NCBI GenBank assembly: GCA_036172245.1
Contig: JAYWIR010000007.1
Coordinates: 1,984,001-2,048,000 of the forward strand
From: Raillietiella orientalis
Taxonomy: Eukaryota
Reading direction: 5' to 3'
Length of the DNA stretch: 64,000 nucleotides
Shown one piece after another: positions 25,700 through 37,100 of this stretch (position 1 is the first letter of the stretch; the number at the start of each line of letters is the position of its first letter). The notes under the pieces were generated by a model. The model was not told the origin of the DNA, searched no databases, and was given only the letters and a program-made list of their open reading frames with translations. The position numbers and the translations under genes were made by a program.

Positions 25700-28600
25700 C
25701 GTCGGCAGGAGAACGCCAAGACCAGGGGATCATCCGGATCGTCTGCTGGTTCTCCTGTCGCGGGAGAGAGGTGAGCAGTCGGAGTGACCAACCGCCGAGA
25801 GCTCGACAGAGCAGCAGGCCGCGCGCATGCACGCCAACCAGAAGCGCACCAGTCCGTCGAGAACTCAGGAGACGACGACGGTAGGGCGCAACGCGGCTGC
25901 TGCAGGCGCTCCATGGCAACCACACCTCTCCCCGTTCCTCGCGCGGGATTCCCGACATCGCACGCTTCCCGGAGGAGCACTCTTGAGGGAAGCTGGGGTT
26001 ACGTTCCAGAATGGGGTGGGTACATCGAAGCCGTCTGCCCCTTGACCGCCTGCGGCAGCATCCGCTCGGGAACAGTTTCCAGCCGCTGATGTCGAAATCC
26101 GCCCGTCCTCGAACCGGGAAGGAGGGTCCCCAAGGACTCTATGATTTCTGGAACCTTCCTGCCCAGCAGTGGGGTCGGAGACACGACAACGCCGCTACGG
26201 GAGAGGATGGCGCGCGCCCTGAGGCGAAGGAGAAGAGGGGGGGGGGCAGGAGGGACACCCCTCTGAGCGCAACGGACCGGTGTTACCCAGCAACGGCGGC
26301 GGGCGTTGCTCCTCCGTCCCGGAGAGACCAGCCGGTCCGTATGTGGGAAGATCGGCCTGTGCGACGGGGCTCTCCGCCGCTCCCCGACGACGACCGCGCG
26401 GGAGGAAACGCTGCTCTCCCATGGATCGCGGGGGGTTACCCTCGGAAGGCGACGCTGGTGACGACAGAGGTTTACCAGCACCGGTCCGAGGCACGCTCTC
26501 GGCCGTGAGTGGAGATGGTCCACAAGAAGCCACCCTGTAGCTCGTGAGCGGAAGCCCGAATCCCTCCCCCCGCATCCCCATCCCCTTCTTAACAAAAAAA
26601 AAAAAAGATGGCGCCGTGCACGTTCTTGATCTGAAAGTGCGGTATTCGTCCCGGAGGTGGCGCGAGGGAGGCATCTCCCAGGCGAACCTGACGGTCTTGG
26701 CTCGGTTCACAACCACGTCCACCCTGGAGGGCACCTCCTATCGGGACGTTCCTCCTCCCCTCTCGCGCTTTCAGCCCGACAGGGTCCGCGAGTTTCGCTC
26801 CGTGGTCGCGGTATGGAGTAACAGATGGAGCGCGAGCGGAGGGGGATCTCCAGGCGGGGGAAAACAGGGAGGAGGTGGTGCTCCTCGTCGGGAGGAGAAA
26901 TGAGCGCGGCGAGCGGCAGTTGCACCCGAAGAGCCCCGCTGGCGAAAAGTTTCAGAAATTCCGCCATGGCCCTTTTTCACCCGTTCGCTGTCTGCTCCGG
27001 GCACGAGAGGGGAAGGAAAGGAGGGTTTTCGAACCCCTTCTAAACTGAGGGAGAGATCGCTGCCTGTAGTGTGTCGGGGAGCGGAGGGGCCTCCGGAAGC
27101 CGAAAGTCCTCCCGCTCTCTTCCTGCCGGGAGCGGATGCGCCTCTCCCGAAAACCACCGCCTGGCGCGCGCTCGTTCTCGGTGCAGACGGCCCCGGGAAG
27201 TCCCGCCCTGGAGCCACTCGCCTTCTTCCTGACTTCCGGCGAGGCACCAGAGGTTCGGTGGCACCTCCCGCCAGCGGTGGCGTGCGCATGAGGGCGCGTG
27301 AGAATTCTCCCAGGGCAAGAGTGGATCTCATGCATCCACGCCTCGGGGCAGATCGCCGAGCCGCCCTCCGGGGCCGCCTTCCCGTTGCTCCGGAGAGGGG
27401 TCTCCAGCCTGACGCGAGGGGAAGAGGGCGTAGTCCGAAGAAGTGGCGCGCTCTCTAGTCCAGGAGCGGCGGGTCGATGGGGCCCAGAGGGGCACGGGAG
27501 GGAGCGGTGAGTCCCCTCGTCCTCGGGGATGGCTCCCTGTTCCCCTTTCCTCCCTCTTCGACCGGGGGATCTCTCTCGCGGCCCTGCTGCTCTTCCGGGA
27601 CCCCTCTGGCTGCCGCCGTTCGTCTCCGCAGGCGGCGCGCCGTTGGCACTCCTGCAAGGAAAGAAGCGCAGGATCGCCCGCGCAGGGTCGGGCTCCGCCG
27701 CCCCCCCACCCTCGGTGCTCGCTCGCTGGGGGCGGGCGGCAACGGGAGAGCGCGGGTGAAGAAGGGGAGAGCTCCACCCCCCCACGACTTATGCAGGCAG
27801 TCTCCCTGAGGCGTCCCCCTCCCTTTCCGGTCCGCCGCTCCCTCGCGAGGAGCATCCCCTGGAGAAGGGCAGAGGTCTGCATTCCATCGGTCCCCCTTGC
27901 CATTGCTCTCCGGAGGGGCAGAGGGTATGCGCGAGGGACCCCCCTCCTTCCGGGGTCGATCATCCCCGGGAGTTTCCGGCGACCCTGTTTCACGGCTGGG
28001 GTAGGCAGGCGGGACCGCCGACCCGCATGCTTGCTCGACAGTGGTCGCCGGAAGTTCCCTCTCCCCCCACACCTACTTCGGGAACTGCGCGTTGCTACCA
28101 CCCGCCCTGAGGCCGCCGCCGCTGCTGTTGCTACTGCGGAGTCCCCTCGCTCTCGCCGCAGGCATTCTCGTCGCTGGCGGAGCTGCGAGTGCGGGTTCGC
28201 CGGCGGAGGTCAAGCAGGGGTGGTAGTGGTGGTGGCTGCCACCTTCCGTTCCGGGACGGGTTTTCCCGGCGTCGCGGACGTCTCCTCTCTGGGCGAACCC
28301 TCGTAGGCGGTGGTTCTCCCGGCGCGCGCGTGCGCCCTCGAGTGGCGGGGGCGACACGTGCGGAGAGTCATGCAGTCTGAAAAGGCGTTGCTGCTGGGAA
28401 ATCGCTGTCGCGGGGAAAGGATGGGAGGGGGCGCTTCGGCGGAGTGCCGAAGGTCAACGATCCACCCGCACCGCGCCGATAGCGGAGTGCAGTCGTCCCG
28501 GCTTCCCCCCCTTCCCCGCCCCCTCCTTCCCGGAGGAGGTGGTGGTTTCCGTGCGTTTCTAGGGATGCGACGTGACGTGACGCTCCGGAGCCTCTCCGGG

Positions 28601-29200
28601 ACACGAGAGGACTCCGAGTTTCGGCGCGGCTCCGTGGCGCGGCACCATACGGAAGAAGGCCGGACGCCCCCGTGTCGGCGGCGCCGTGACCTTTTCCGTC
28701 CCCTCCTCCTCCCCGACGCCATTGTTGGGAGCCGCGTCGGGGGTTCTGCATTGTTGGAGAGGGTGGTCGACTTGTTCCCCTCCCCTGCCCCCGAGCCGTT
28801 TGCCCCTCGCGCGCGAACCCGCGTCGTCGAGTCGAGGGTCCGCTTCGAAAGTTGCCCGCAGTCGCTGACGTCCGACGCCTGGGATCGACTCGCGCGATCG
28901 CCGCCACCCGATAGGGATGGGAACAACGGAGCACGTTCGCCCGGTTAAGTGGGTTTCTCGTCCTCTCCGTTTTATGGTTTCGCTTTAATGGGCTCCGGCG
29001 TGCTCCCCGGGCAGCGTCGGGGAGGGAGGGCGGAAGGGAAGGGGGGAGCGGCGAATTCACACGGACGCACCTCGTGTCTCTCGACGAGCGATGCGGAGAT
29101 GCTGATTTCTCGCGCTTCCAGAAAGAGCGTCGGATTTCTCTTAGAGCTGTTGCCAAGTCGCCCGTTCCGTCTCCAGGTTTCTCCGCATCCTTGAAGAGTC
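25700..29200 (-). mobile_element. Decayed L1/Tx1-like reverse transcriptase region
   Basis: GKTRPGTEG (about 28260). ORF 27328-28101 holds in one frame NFRRPLS, RRKLPGMIDPGRRGVP and RGVDA*DPLLP (RGVRQGDPLSP-like). Then DLSLSL (YADD region, about 27050) and VVVNRAKT (about 26700). Confidence 0.65.
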
Positions 29201-30796
29201 TCATCGTCTCGTAGGGGCCATTGTTCCATTTTTTCTTTTCTCGCTTGGAAAATTCATTTCTTCCGAATGGAAATCGAACCATAAATCATGGAGCCATCTC
29301 AGGAGCACCAGAATCACTCCGAAGGCGTCCGACCACGAGGGAATTCTCCCGGGTGAGATGGGTGGTCGGACCGACCCTGCCATCAAAAAAAGAAAAGAAA
29401 AAGGGGGTGGGAGGGATTTCTGAAATCGGACTTGCATCTGAGGAGATACGGGGGGAACTCGTGGTGCTCCAGCTTCATTCGCTGTGCTGCAACCAGCAAG
29501 GTTTCCGCGCCCTCATGAGCACACACCCTTGTTCCAGAGTTTTCTCGTTGGGACTTCCAGCGCTGCGGGGACACCGGCTTATGCCACCGATCACGGAAAA
29601 TCCAGTGGCCCCGGTCCTGACCCATCCTCCGTCGCTGTCCCCACCGTCGGGAAGACCGAAAGGACCACTATCCTTTTCCTTCCTTCCTTCCTTCCTCCGC
29701 TGCGACGCCAATCGACGCTACAGTTCTTGCGTACGGTCCGTACTGAACGCGCTCCCTGGTGCTCGATTGTCCCGCAGGCAGAGGAAAGTGAAAGTGCACT
29801 TTACCAGGCACTTTACTCGGGCAACGCAGCCAAACCGGGAGAGGCGGAAGCCCTGCAGCCTGCGAACCGAAAAAGTTCGCGATGGTTCCTCGGGATCCCA
29901 CCGTGCACGTCGGTGGGATTTTTTTCCTCCCATCTTCCTGATATCCTCAAATGTCCCGTATTCAGGAAGAGGGGGGGGGAAGGGAGGAGAACCGTCTAAA
30001 ATAAGAGTCTTGCTCAAGGTCCCCGTTCATTTATACGCTTTCCGCAGCAGCTCGGCGTTTCCTCACGAGTCCACCGTGGAGTGTGGTCGGGGGGAAAACT
30101 CTTGGGGAAAAAGTTGGGAATGCTTTTGCAAGAGAGCCAAAGTTCAAAGACTTGCCACGGAAGGATGAACCCGGTGAGCGCGAGCGGGCTCGGGGAATCC
30201 TTCCCGCCCCCCTCCCCCCTTCGAGTCCCTCCTCCTCACGTCCATCGAATGCACCGAACAGTTCTTGCGGGCATAGGGCAATCTCTGGAGATTGATCGGT
30301 TTGCTATCGCTGTTCTCTGAATGGCACTCAAGAGCGGATCTGACAGTGGAGGGCACACAAGGGGAGGAGAGGGAAGAATAAGAAGCGCGTATCCATGTAC
30401 CTCGGCGCCCGCACGTGAATACGAGTGTGTACGCGTATTCAGCTGCATCATCTGATCCCGAAGATGCTGCACGGACACGGACACGGCAGGCGTGCATTCG
30501 GAGCGAAGCGGCCACCTCCGTCTGCTCAACTCCCGTTCTAAGGAGCGTTGGGTATGCCCCGTCCTTCCAGACAATTCGCAGAAAACCTAATAAAGTCCAG
30601 TTATTTTTGAAGAACTCAGCTGAGTCAGCCTGCGGGATGTGCTGCACCTAAAATAAGCGCCTGAAGAGAGAGAGAGAGAGAGAGAGAGAAAATCCATGCG
30701 GCGAAAACTCGGGGCATTGTGTATTCACGAAGAGGAAAAACCGGTGCGGGTCGAAAAGAATTCGTAGAATATCTCTCTACCACGGGCCGAGAGAAC

Positions 30797-30905
30797 AAGA
30801 AGAGGAGGAGGAGGAGGAAGGGAGGGAGGGAGGGAGAGAAGAAGAAGAAGAAGAAGAAGAAGAAGAAGAAGGAGGAGGAGGAGGAGGAGGAGGAGGAGAA
30901 AAAAA
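30797..30905 (+). repeat. Compound (AAG)n/(GAG)n/(GGGA)n pure-purine microsatellite
   Basis: 109 consecutive purines. Confidence 0.95.
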
Positions 30906-30949
30906 CTTCCTCAGAATGCTCGTGCCGATTTTCTCGCTCGTCATTTTTA

Positions 30950-32700
30950 CTTTTTTTTGGAGGGCAGAGAGGAGGAGGAGCCGTGCCCACGCCGCTGCTG
31001 CTGCGTCCGTGGCCCCGGCGGGCACGATCTCTCAACAAGGGCACAGCTTCCACATTGTTGCCGGTACCACCGGAGGCTGGCCACCCTCTCGGTGTTTCGG
31101 GAGCCGTGAGGCGGGAAAGGTTCCTTTTCTTCTTCTTCCCGGAGGATCGCCAGCCACATGCGATAACGCGCGCCTTGGCGGTCGCACACCTGGCGCGCGT
31201 AGGAAGGAAGAGCTCTCCTGCCCGCTTCCCTCCCAGTCGGGATCCGGACGCGCATGGGGCGTGCGGCGGGTCGTCTGGGTACCGGGACGGCCCGCATAGC
31301 AACAACGGCGCACAGCCAGCGAACGGCGGCGCGAGTTGCCCGGCGATCCGAACGCGGCCTCCTACGAAGGAGAGGGACCCGTCGCACCTCTTCAGTCTGC
31401 CGTCTCCGGCCGAGTGCGGCGAGACCTCCCCCTTCCACACAGGCGCGGCAGCGGCGTCTTGGCTCTAAAGGAAAATTGGCAGCAGCCTCGAGTCCATCCG
31501 GGCCGAACAAAGCCATGGTGGGATAGATCATCTGCTTCAGATGCGAGGCCGTGGAGATGCTCTCGCGCGCGGATCTCTTTCCCCCGGCAACAGGAGCCTG
31601 CACGAATCTCCCGGTCCGTGGAGAAGGTGGAGCCGAGGAGGACGACGAACGTCGCTCCTCTTCCCCTCCTTCCTTTCCCGTTCGGAGCGCTCTGCTTCCA
31701 AACACGCGGGAGGGGAACAAGGAATGATTTTTTCGTGGTCGATGGCACGGGTTCGACTTTAGGGAAGGAGGCAAGGGGTAGTGGAAGAGGAGGAGAGCGC
31801 GTAGAACAAAGGCAAGAGTGGATGCGTGCTTCGGTGTGGTCAGTACTTTCTCCAAAGACGAAAGGACCCTCCTTAAGCACGGCATTCTGTAGGATGATCT
31901 CTGTTCCCCCTCCCTCCTTTGCCTTGGAGCGTCCCTCATCCTTCCCGTTCGGCGGACGAACTGGCCAGTCGGCGTCATGGCAGGGGAGCCCTCTTCGACG
32001 CGAGGTACGGTCGGGAGAAGGGCTCCCGAGAGATCGGGCCATGAGGGATCGACCAGGATCCCTCAGCTCCTGGGAAATGGGGGAAATGCGACGGAGAACG
32101 GAGAGAGGAGAAGGGAGAGGGACCAAGCCAGGAACTGTGTCGGCGTGTTTCCCGGCCACTCTCTGAGAGGCCGCCGCGGCGGGAAACCCGACCGCTCGCC
32201 AAGTAGGGAAGGAAGGGTGGTGGGACGAACGCAGGGGAGGCCGACGAGGGCTGGCGAAGGATGAGGGATGGGGTCGGTCGAGGAAAGGGAGAGGGAGGGG
32301 GGAGAGGGGAGGGCGAAGATGAAGGGGAGGGGGTTGCTCCGGCAACCGAAGGTCCGCCGCATTCCCCCCCCTCCTCTCCGCCCACCGCCTCCCTGGGGGT
32401 GAGAAGCGGGGAGCGACCTCCCCCCGCAAGGTTTGCGTTTTTCGGGAGAGCAGAGACAGACGTCCCCGTGGGATGTGTGTGGCAGCAGCGATCACCCTGC
32501 ACAACAAACTCGGAATTTCCTGTCTCCTCCCGCCTGAAGACAAAAACATTGCCAAGGAAGCACGAGACGACTGCGTGGGCCTCGCCGGAGCATTCAGAGC
32601 GCTCACCCCGCGCTCCACGTGGGTGCTTCCTCCCTTCCCTTCTCCGTCCGAGTTTCCCATTCTTTCTCTCTCTCTCTCCCTCTCCTCCCCGTCCCCTGGT
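30950..32700 (-). mobile_element. Decayed LINE RT fragment
   Basis: LRRVLSSLEKVLTTP, ASFPK and STASHLKQMIYPTMALFGPDG (RLKxVLPxLIxPxQ-like), in the expected order. Confidence 0.35.
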
Positions 32701-33128
32701 GGTCTGGGAGCAGGGCGGAGAGCTACTACCCCGGAGGGGCCCCTCGGGCTTGTACGCTGTGCATCAGCATCCTACCCTGGCACGGAATGCTCGTCTGCCC
32801 CCCCCCCCCCCGCTTCTCCGCTACTCTCAGGTGCCGCGCCATTCGTTCGCTGCAACAAAAACAACAACAACAACAACAAAAAAGGAAAAAAAAAAAAATA
32901 GCAAGAAAAGAAAAAGAATTCCCCCCCGAAGTCTCTTCCGCGCACCTCCCATGCGGCTACGGCCCAAAAAGCGCACCCATCGTCGTCGCCTTCTCCCTGC
33001 GGCTGCGGCGGCTGCCCGGTGCCCCCCATCGTCGCGCGCGCGCCCCGCTGCTTTCCGGGCCCGCCGTGCGGGCGCGCTGGCGGGCGTCACCGCGCTCCGG
33101 GCTCTCCGCGGAAACGACTTGCACGCAG

Positions 33129-33129
<1 letters not shown>

Positions 33130-33160
<31 letters not shown>
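33130..33160 (+). repeat. (CA)n microsatellite
   Basis: Read directly from the sequence. Confidence 0.95.
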
Positions 33161-33163
<3 letters not shown>

Positions 33164-33440
33164 GGCATGCACCGAAGGAAGGAGGTGGCAAAAAAAAGGG
33201 AATTCCTGGAAGGCTGTTCGTTGGAATCGCCAGCCGAAGGCTTGCGTAAACAGAAAACGCTCTCTCGCAGCAGAGGCAGCACACAGGCCAGGCGAGCAAA
33301 ACAAAACACGGGGAAAAGGGAAAGAAAAAAAAAAAGGGGGAAGACAATCGAGTGGCACGCACTGCCCGCCGCATGTGCGCTGGGGAGCTGCGATACGGGC
33401 AATAAAACGCGGTAAGGGAACGCACGCACAAGGGGAAAAG

Positions 33441-33476
<36 letters not shown>
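33441..33476 (+). repeat. Poly(A) tract (36 nt)
   Basis: Read directly from the sequence. Confidence 0.95.
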
Positions 33477-33479
<3 letters not shown>

Positions 33480-34143
33480 AGAAAGAAAGAAAGGGGGGAA
33501 AAAGCTGGCAGGGTGTGCGGCGGCGGCGGTGGCGGCGACGACGACCAGACACGGCGTGTTCCCTCAGTCACGAAGCCGAGTCTCGACGTCGTCGTCGCCG
33601 GCACGCTGGTGGACACTCGAAACCCGACGGTGGCCGCCATTTCGTGATTCCGGAGGAGCCACGCACGTGGAGGGCGCGTGCGCCTCCCCTTTCCCGCCGC
33701 CGCCGCCCGAGCTTCGCGCGCCGCCCCCATTGTTCGCGCCTGCGCGCTGGCGGACGCCGATCGATCCCTCCCCTGACGACGTTCGGGTTCCGGCCGCGAG
33801 GGCGATTGTTGGCGCGTACCGTCCGATCCGTGCGCGCGTTCCGCTAGCCTCGCCTCGAGCTGCTGGTACTGGGAACGCGATGGTGCCGCGGTGCGCGGGG
33901 GGGGAAGCAGCGGCAGCAGCAGCAGCCGTGGTGGTGGTGGTTGTTCCTTTGCGCTTCCCGAAGCACTCGCGAGCACCGGTCGCCGTTCACGGCAGTGTTT
34001 CCGACGAACATGGACTGACGTGGTCTGCGCCTCCCTGAACCAGCCAGTCTCTCTCTGTTTCCTGCAGTTGCCGTCGGTGGGGGTCTCCTCCTCCTTCGTG
34101 CCGCACAGTTTCTCTTGAGCCGTGCTGCGTCCTCCGCGAGGCG

Positions 34144-34197
34144 ATGGGAGCGTTCATCACCCGGCTGATGCGCTGCAGGAAGAAGACCAAGTTCACC
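34144..34197 (+). CDS. MCT-A coding exon 1 ([18 protein letters not shown])
   Basis: ATG at 34144, strong donor GTGAGT at 34198, phase 0 matches the acceptor at 36378; preceded by a pyrimidine tract and CAG ending 34067. Confidence 0.7.
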
Positions 34198-37100
34198 GTG
34201 AGTACCACGTTTACGTTGCTTTGTGTGCCTGCCGGGTTGCTCAGGGAGCTGCGCGAGTTTTCTTGACCAGCATCCGTGAAGTGCGCATGCGTGGCGTGCA
34301 CTAGCTCTGGACCTCTTTTTTTTCTCTTTTCCTCTTTCTTTTTCTTTCTTTCTTTCTTTCTGGCTGGTGCTGCTGCTGTTATTGTTCCTCTCTTTTTTTT
34401 TTTGGGGGGGGGGGTTCGACTTTGCTTGCCAGATTTTCGCTGTTGCTCTAAGCACTCCTATGACAGGAAGTAGATGGCTGCAGGCGGAAGAGGGAACGAA
34501 TGATTTCCTGCAAGCTGTGTGTGGGTTGATGCCTGCTTCATCCCGTTCACGGGAGCGTCGGCCGTTTCGCCGGGAGCCCAGGGTTTTCCCGGAAAAGGTC
34601 GCCAGGAACGGATCCCGTTCCTGGCGTCGGGGAACGTCCGGCATGCTGCTGGTTTCCACGTCCGGCGGAAGCTGGACCGTGCGGGTATCCCAGGAGGCGT
34701 GCGAAGGGGAGAGCGAGGCAGCGGGCACACATGCCCGGGCACGTCGAAAGGGGGTTGCCCGGGAGATTTCCCGCTAGGCTTGCGGCGCTGCAGCTCGCAC
34801 GAGGACGTGCAACCGCGCAGGCCGCCCGGCAGGTCAGAGCGGTTGCAGGGAAAGCCGGAGGAGAGCTGTTTGAGGAAGGCAGCAATCAGTTCGAAGTTCG
34901 CCCGTTCCCCTCCCCTCCCTCCTCCCTCTCCCCCAGCTCTCCCAGTATCAGCAATGTGGTTTCTTCCCATGAAAGGGCGATTTCGGAAGGAGGCACGCGA
35001 TCCAAGCTGGAAGCCGTTCAGTTTCACCTTGAAAGCTAATTAATCCCCGTCCGGAGGCCTCCGTCCAACAGATTCCGACGATGCTCCTGCCGTTTGGGAG
35101 AATCTCGTATCTTGAGAAGATGATTTGGACGGAGGAGACGCTCTCTTCCCTCCCGTCGCGTTGCCGTGCAAGGTTCCCCCCCTCTTCGTCTCGAAGCCAA
35201 AAACGGAAGCGGAAGGAAGGCAGCGGTTCCCCTGCCTGCCGCATCACCTCGCCTCTTTGACTCTTCCCCCGTCCTGCAGCGGTTACCGTGGGGATGACGG
35301 CGAGATGCCGTGGGGGGATTGCCAGCTCGTTGGGTGAGGATTGCCTCCTCGTCAGGCCCGTCCCCTCATCACTTTCGAACGTGCTCATCACGCGAAAGCA
35401 GGCGATCCCCGGATCCCGGAAGGTGCGCGAGCAGCGGCGCCCAGGAGAAAGGAAGATTCGGCACGGATTTCTCCTTCCGCCCCGGTTGCCGAAGAAACGC
35501 CCCGCGACGGCGGCGGTGCGCACTTCCTCGGACGCTTTTCGACGGGGCGAAATTCGAAAAACCCAGCTTTTTGCGTGCTCGGCCTCCAGGCGTGCCCCGC
35601 GCGGGTGTGCAGTACGTGTGCGCCCACCCACTCGGCGGTACGCGTTGCAGCGGTGGGCTCGGCCCCGTCGTACCGCATTACGTCCGTGAGAAGAAGAAAC
35701 GCCGACGTTTGGTTGATCGCCCGCTGTTCCTGCGCGAGCCCCGCGAGTTGGCTTTTATCTCGGCGCTTTCGCCCATCCGAAGCAGTCCTTGTGAGCAAGC
35801 GCGCGAGAGAGTGCCACGCACAAGGGAGGTACAAAGTCAGGTTTCGTTCCGTTTTTTTTTTTTTTTTTTTTTTTCCCTTTTTCAAATAACCTCGACGGTA
35901 CCGATTGCTTTCCGAGATCCTCGTAACACTCAGAAACTGCGACCGGACTCCGTTGTTTATCGGAAACCCTCCAATCGCCTGCCTGTAACCGAACCTGAGG
36001 AATTCCAGGGCTTTGGCTTTGTTTACAGAATTCGGAGTTCCGGGATTCCCCGATTTGTTCATGCAGCAAGGAGCGGGTCTCTTGCGAAAGGGGTGGGACC
36101 TGTCAGCCTCCGTGATCGCACACGCTGCATCTGCTTCTGGAGGAAGGAGGCAAGACGGCAGCTGACGCAAGGGTTTCTTTTTGCACAGCGCAGAGACGGC
36201 TGACCAATCCGGAAATCGTGTCAGGAACGGCCAGAAAACGGCATGATTAGGAGAGCACTCTGACCTCTGGGGCAGAAACGTTCCGCGTGCACGCGCGGTG
36301 CGATTCCCATGTGCAGCCCGTGTCTCGAAGGAAAAAAAAAAAAAAAAGGAAAAAAAAAAAACATGCTCTTCATTCCAGCTCGAGCCGTCCTCGCCGAGCA
36401 AGAACTTCGACAACGGCTACCACCCTACGGCGTTCGTCCAGACGGAGGAGCCCTGCTACAGCTTCGAGGAGTTGCCGGCACCCCCTGACGGCGGCTATGG
36501 GTGGATCGTCGTTTTCGCCAGCTTCATGTGCAACTTAATCGTCGACGGCATCACGTACTCGTTCGGCGTCTTCATGATCCAGTTCATCACCTACTTCGAC
36601 TTGCCAAAGGGGAAGGTCGCATGGGTGGGAAGCACCTTGGCCGGTTTCTATCTACTCTGCGGACCCGTGGTCAGCGCGCTGACCAACCAGTACGGGTGCC
36701 GGCGTGTTTGCATCGTGGGCAGCGTCGTCAGCAGCTGCGCCTTCATCCTGAGCACATTCTCGTGGAACATCCACGTGCTTCTCCTGACCTACGGGATGCT
36801 AGGAGGTCGGTTTCGCCGCCCCGCGCGGCTGCCGGGAACTGCTCATGCGAATTGCCCTCCCTCCACCAGGAATAGGCATGGGCCTCATCTACCTCCCTTC
36901 CATCATCACAGTGGGTTACTACTTCGAGAGAAGGAGGGCTCTGGCGACCGGAATATCCGTGTGCGGTTCCGGAATCGGCGCCTTCGCCTTCGCTCCCTTG
37001 TCCCAGTACCTCCTGGACGAGTACACGTGGAAGGGCGCCATCCTCATACACGCCGCCATCGTGCTCAACTGCGCGGTGAGCAGAGCTCGCGCGGCGACCG

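Noticed and set aside
32838..33411. Candidate 5' UTR exon of MCT-A ending at G|GTAAGG (likewise a GTGAGT donor near 43614 for MCT-B)
   Set aside because: Plausible donors only; no transcript evidence to place the TSS.
36298..36378. ORF-track start of MCT-A with a poly-Lys stretch
   Set aside because: It translates an intronic A-run; a clear acceptor lies at 36377-36378.
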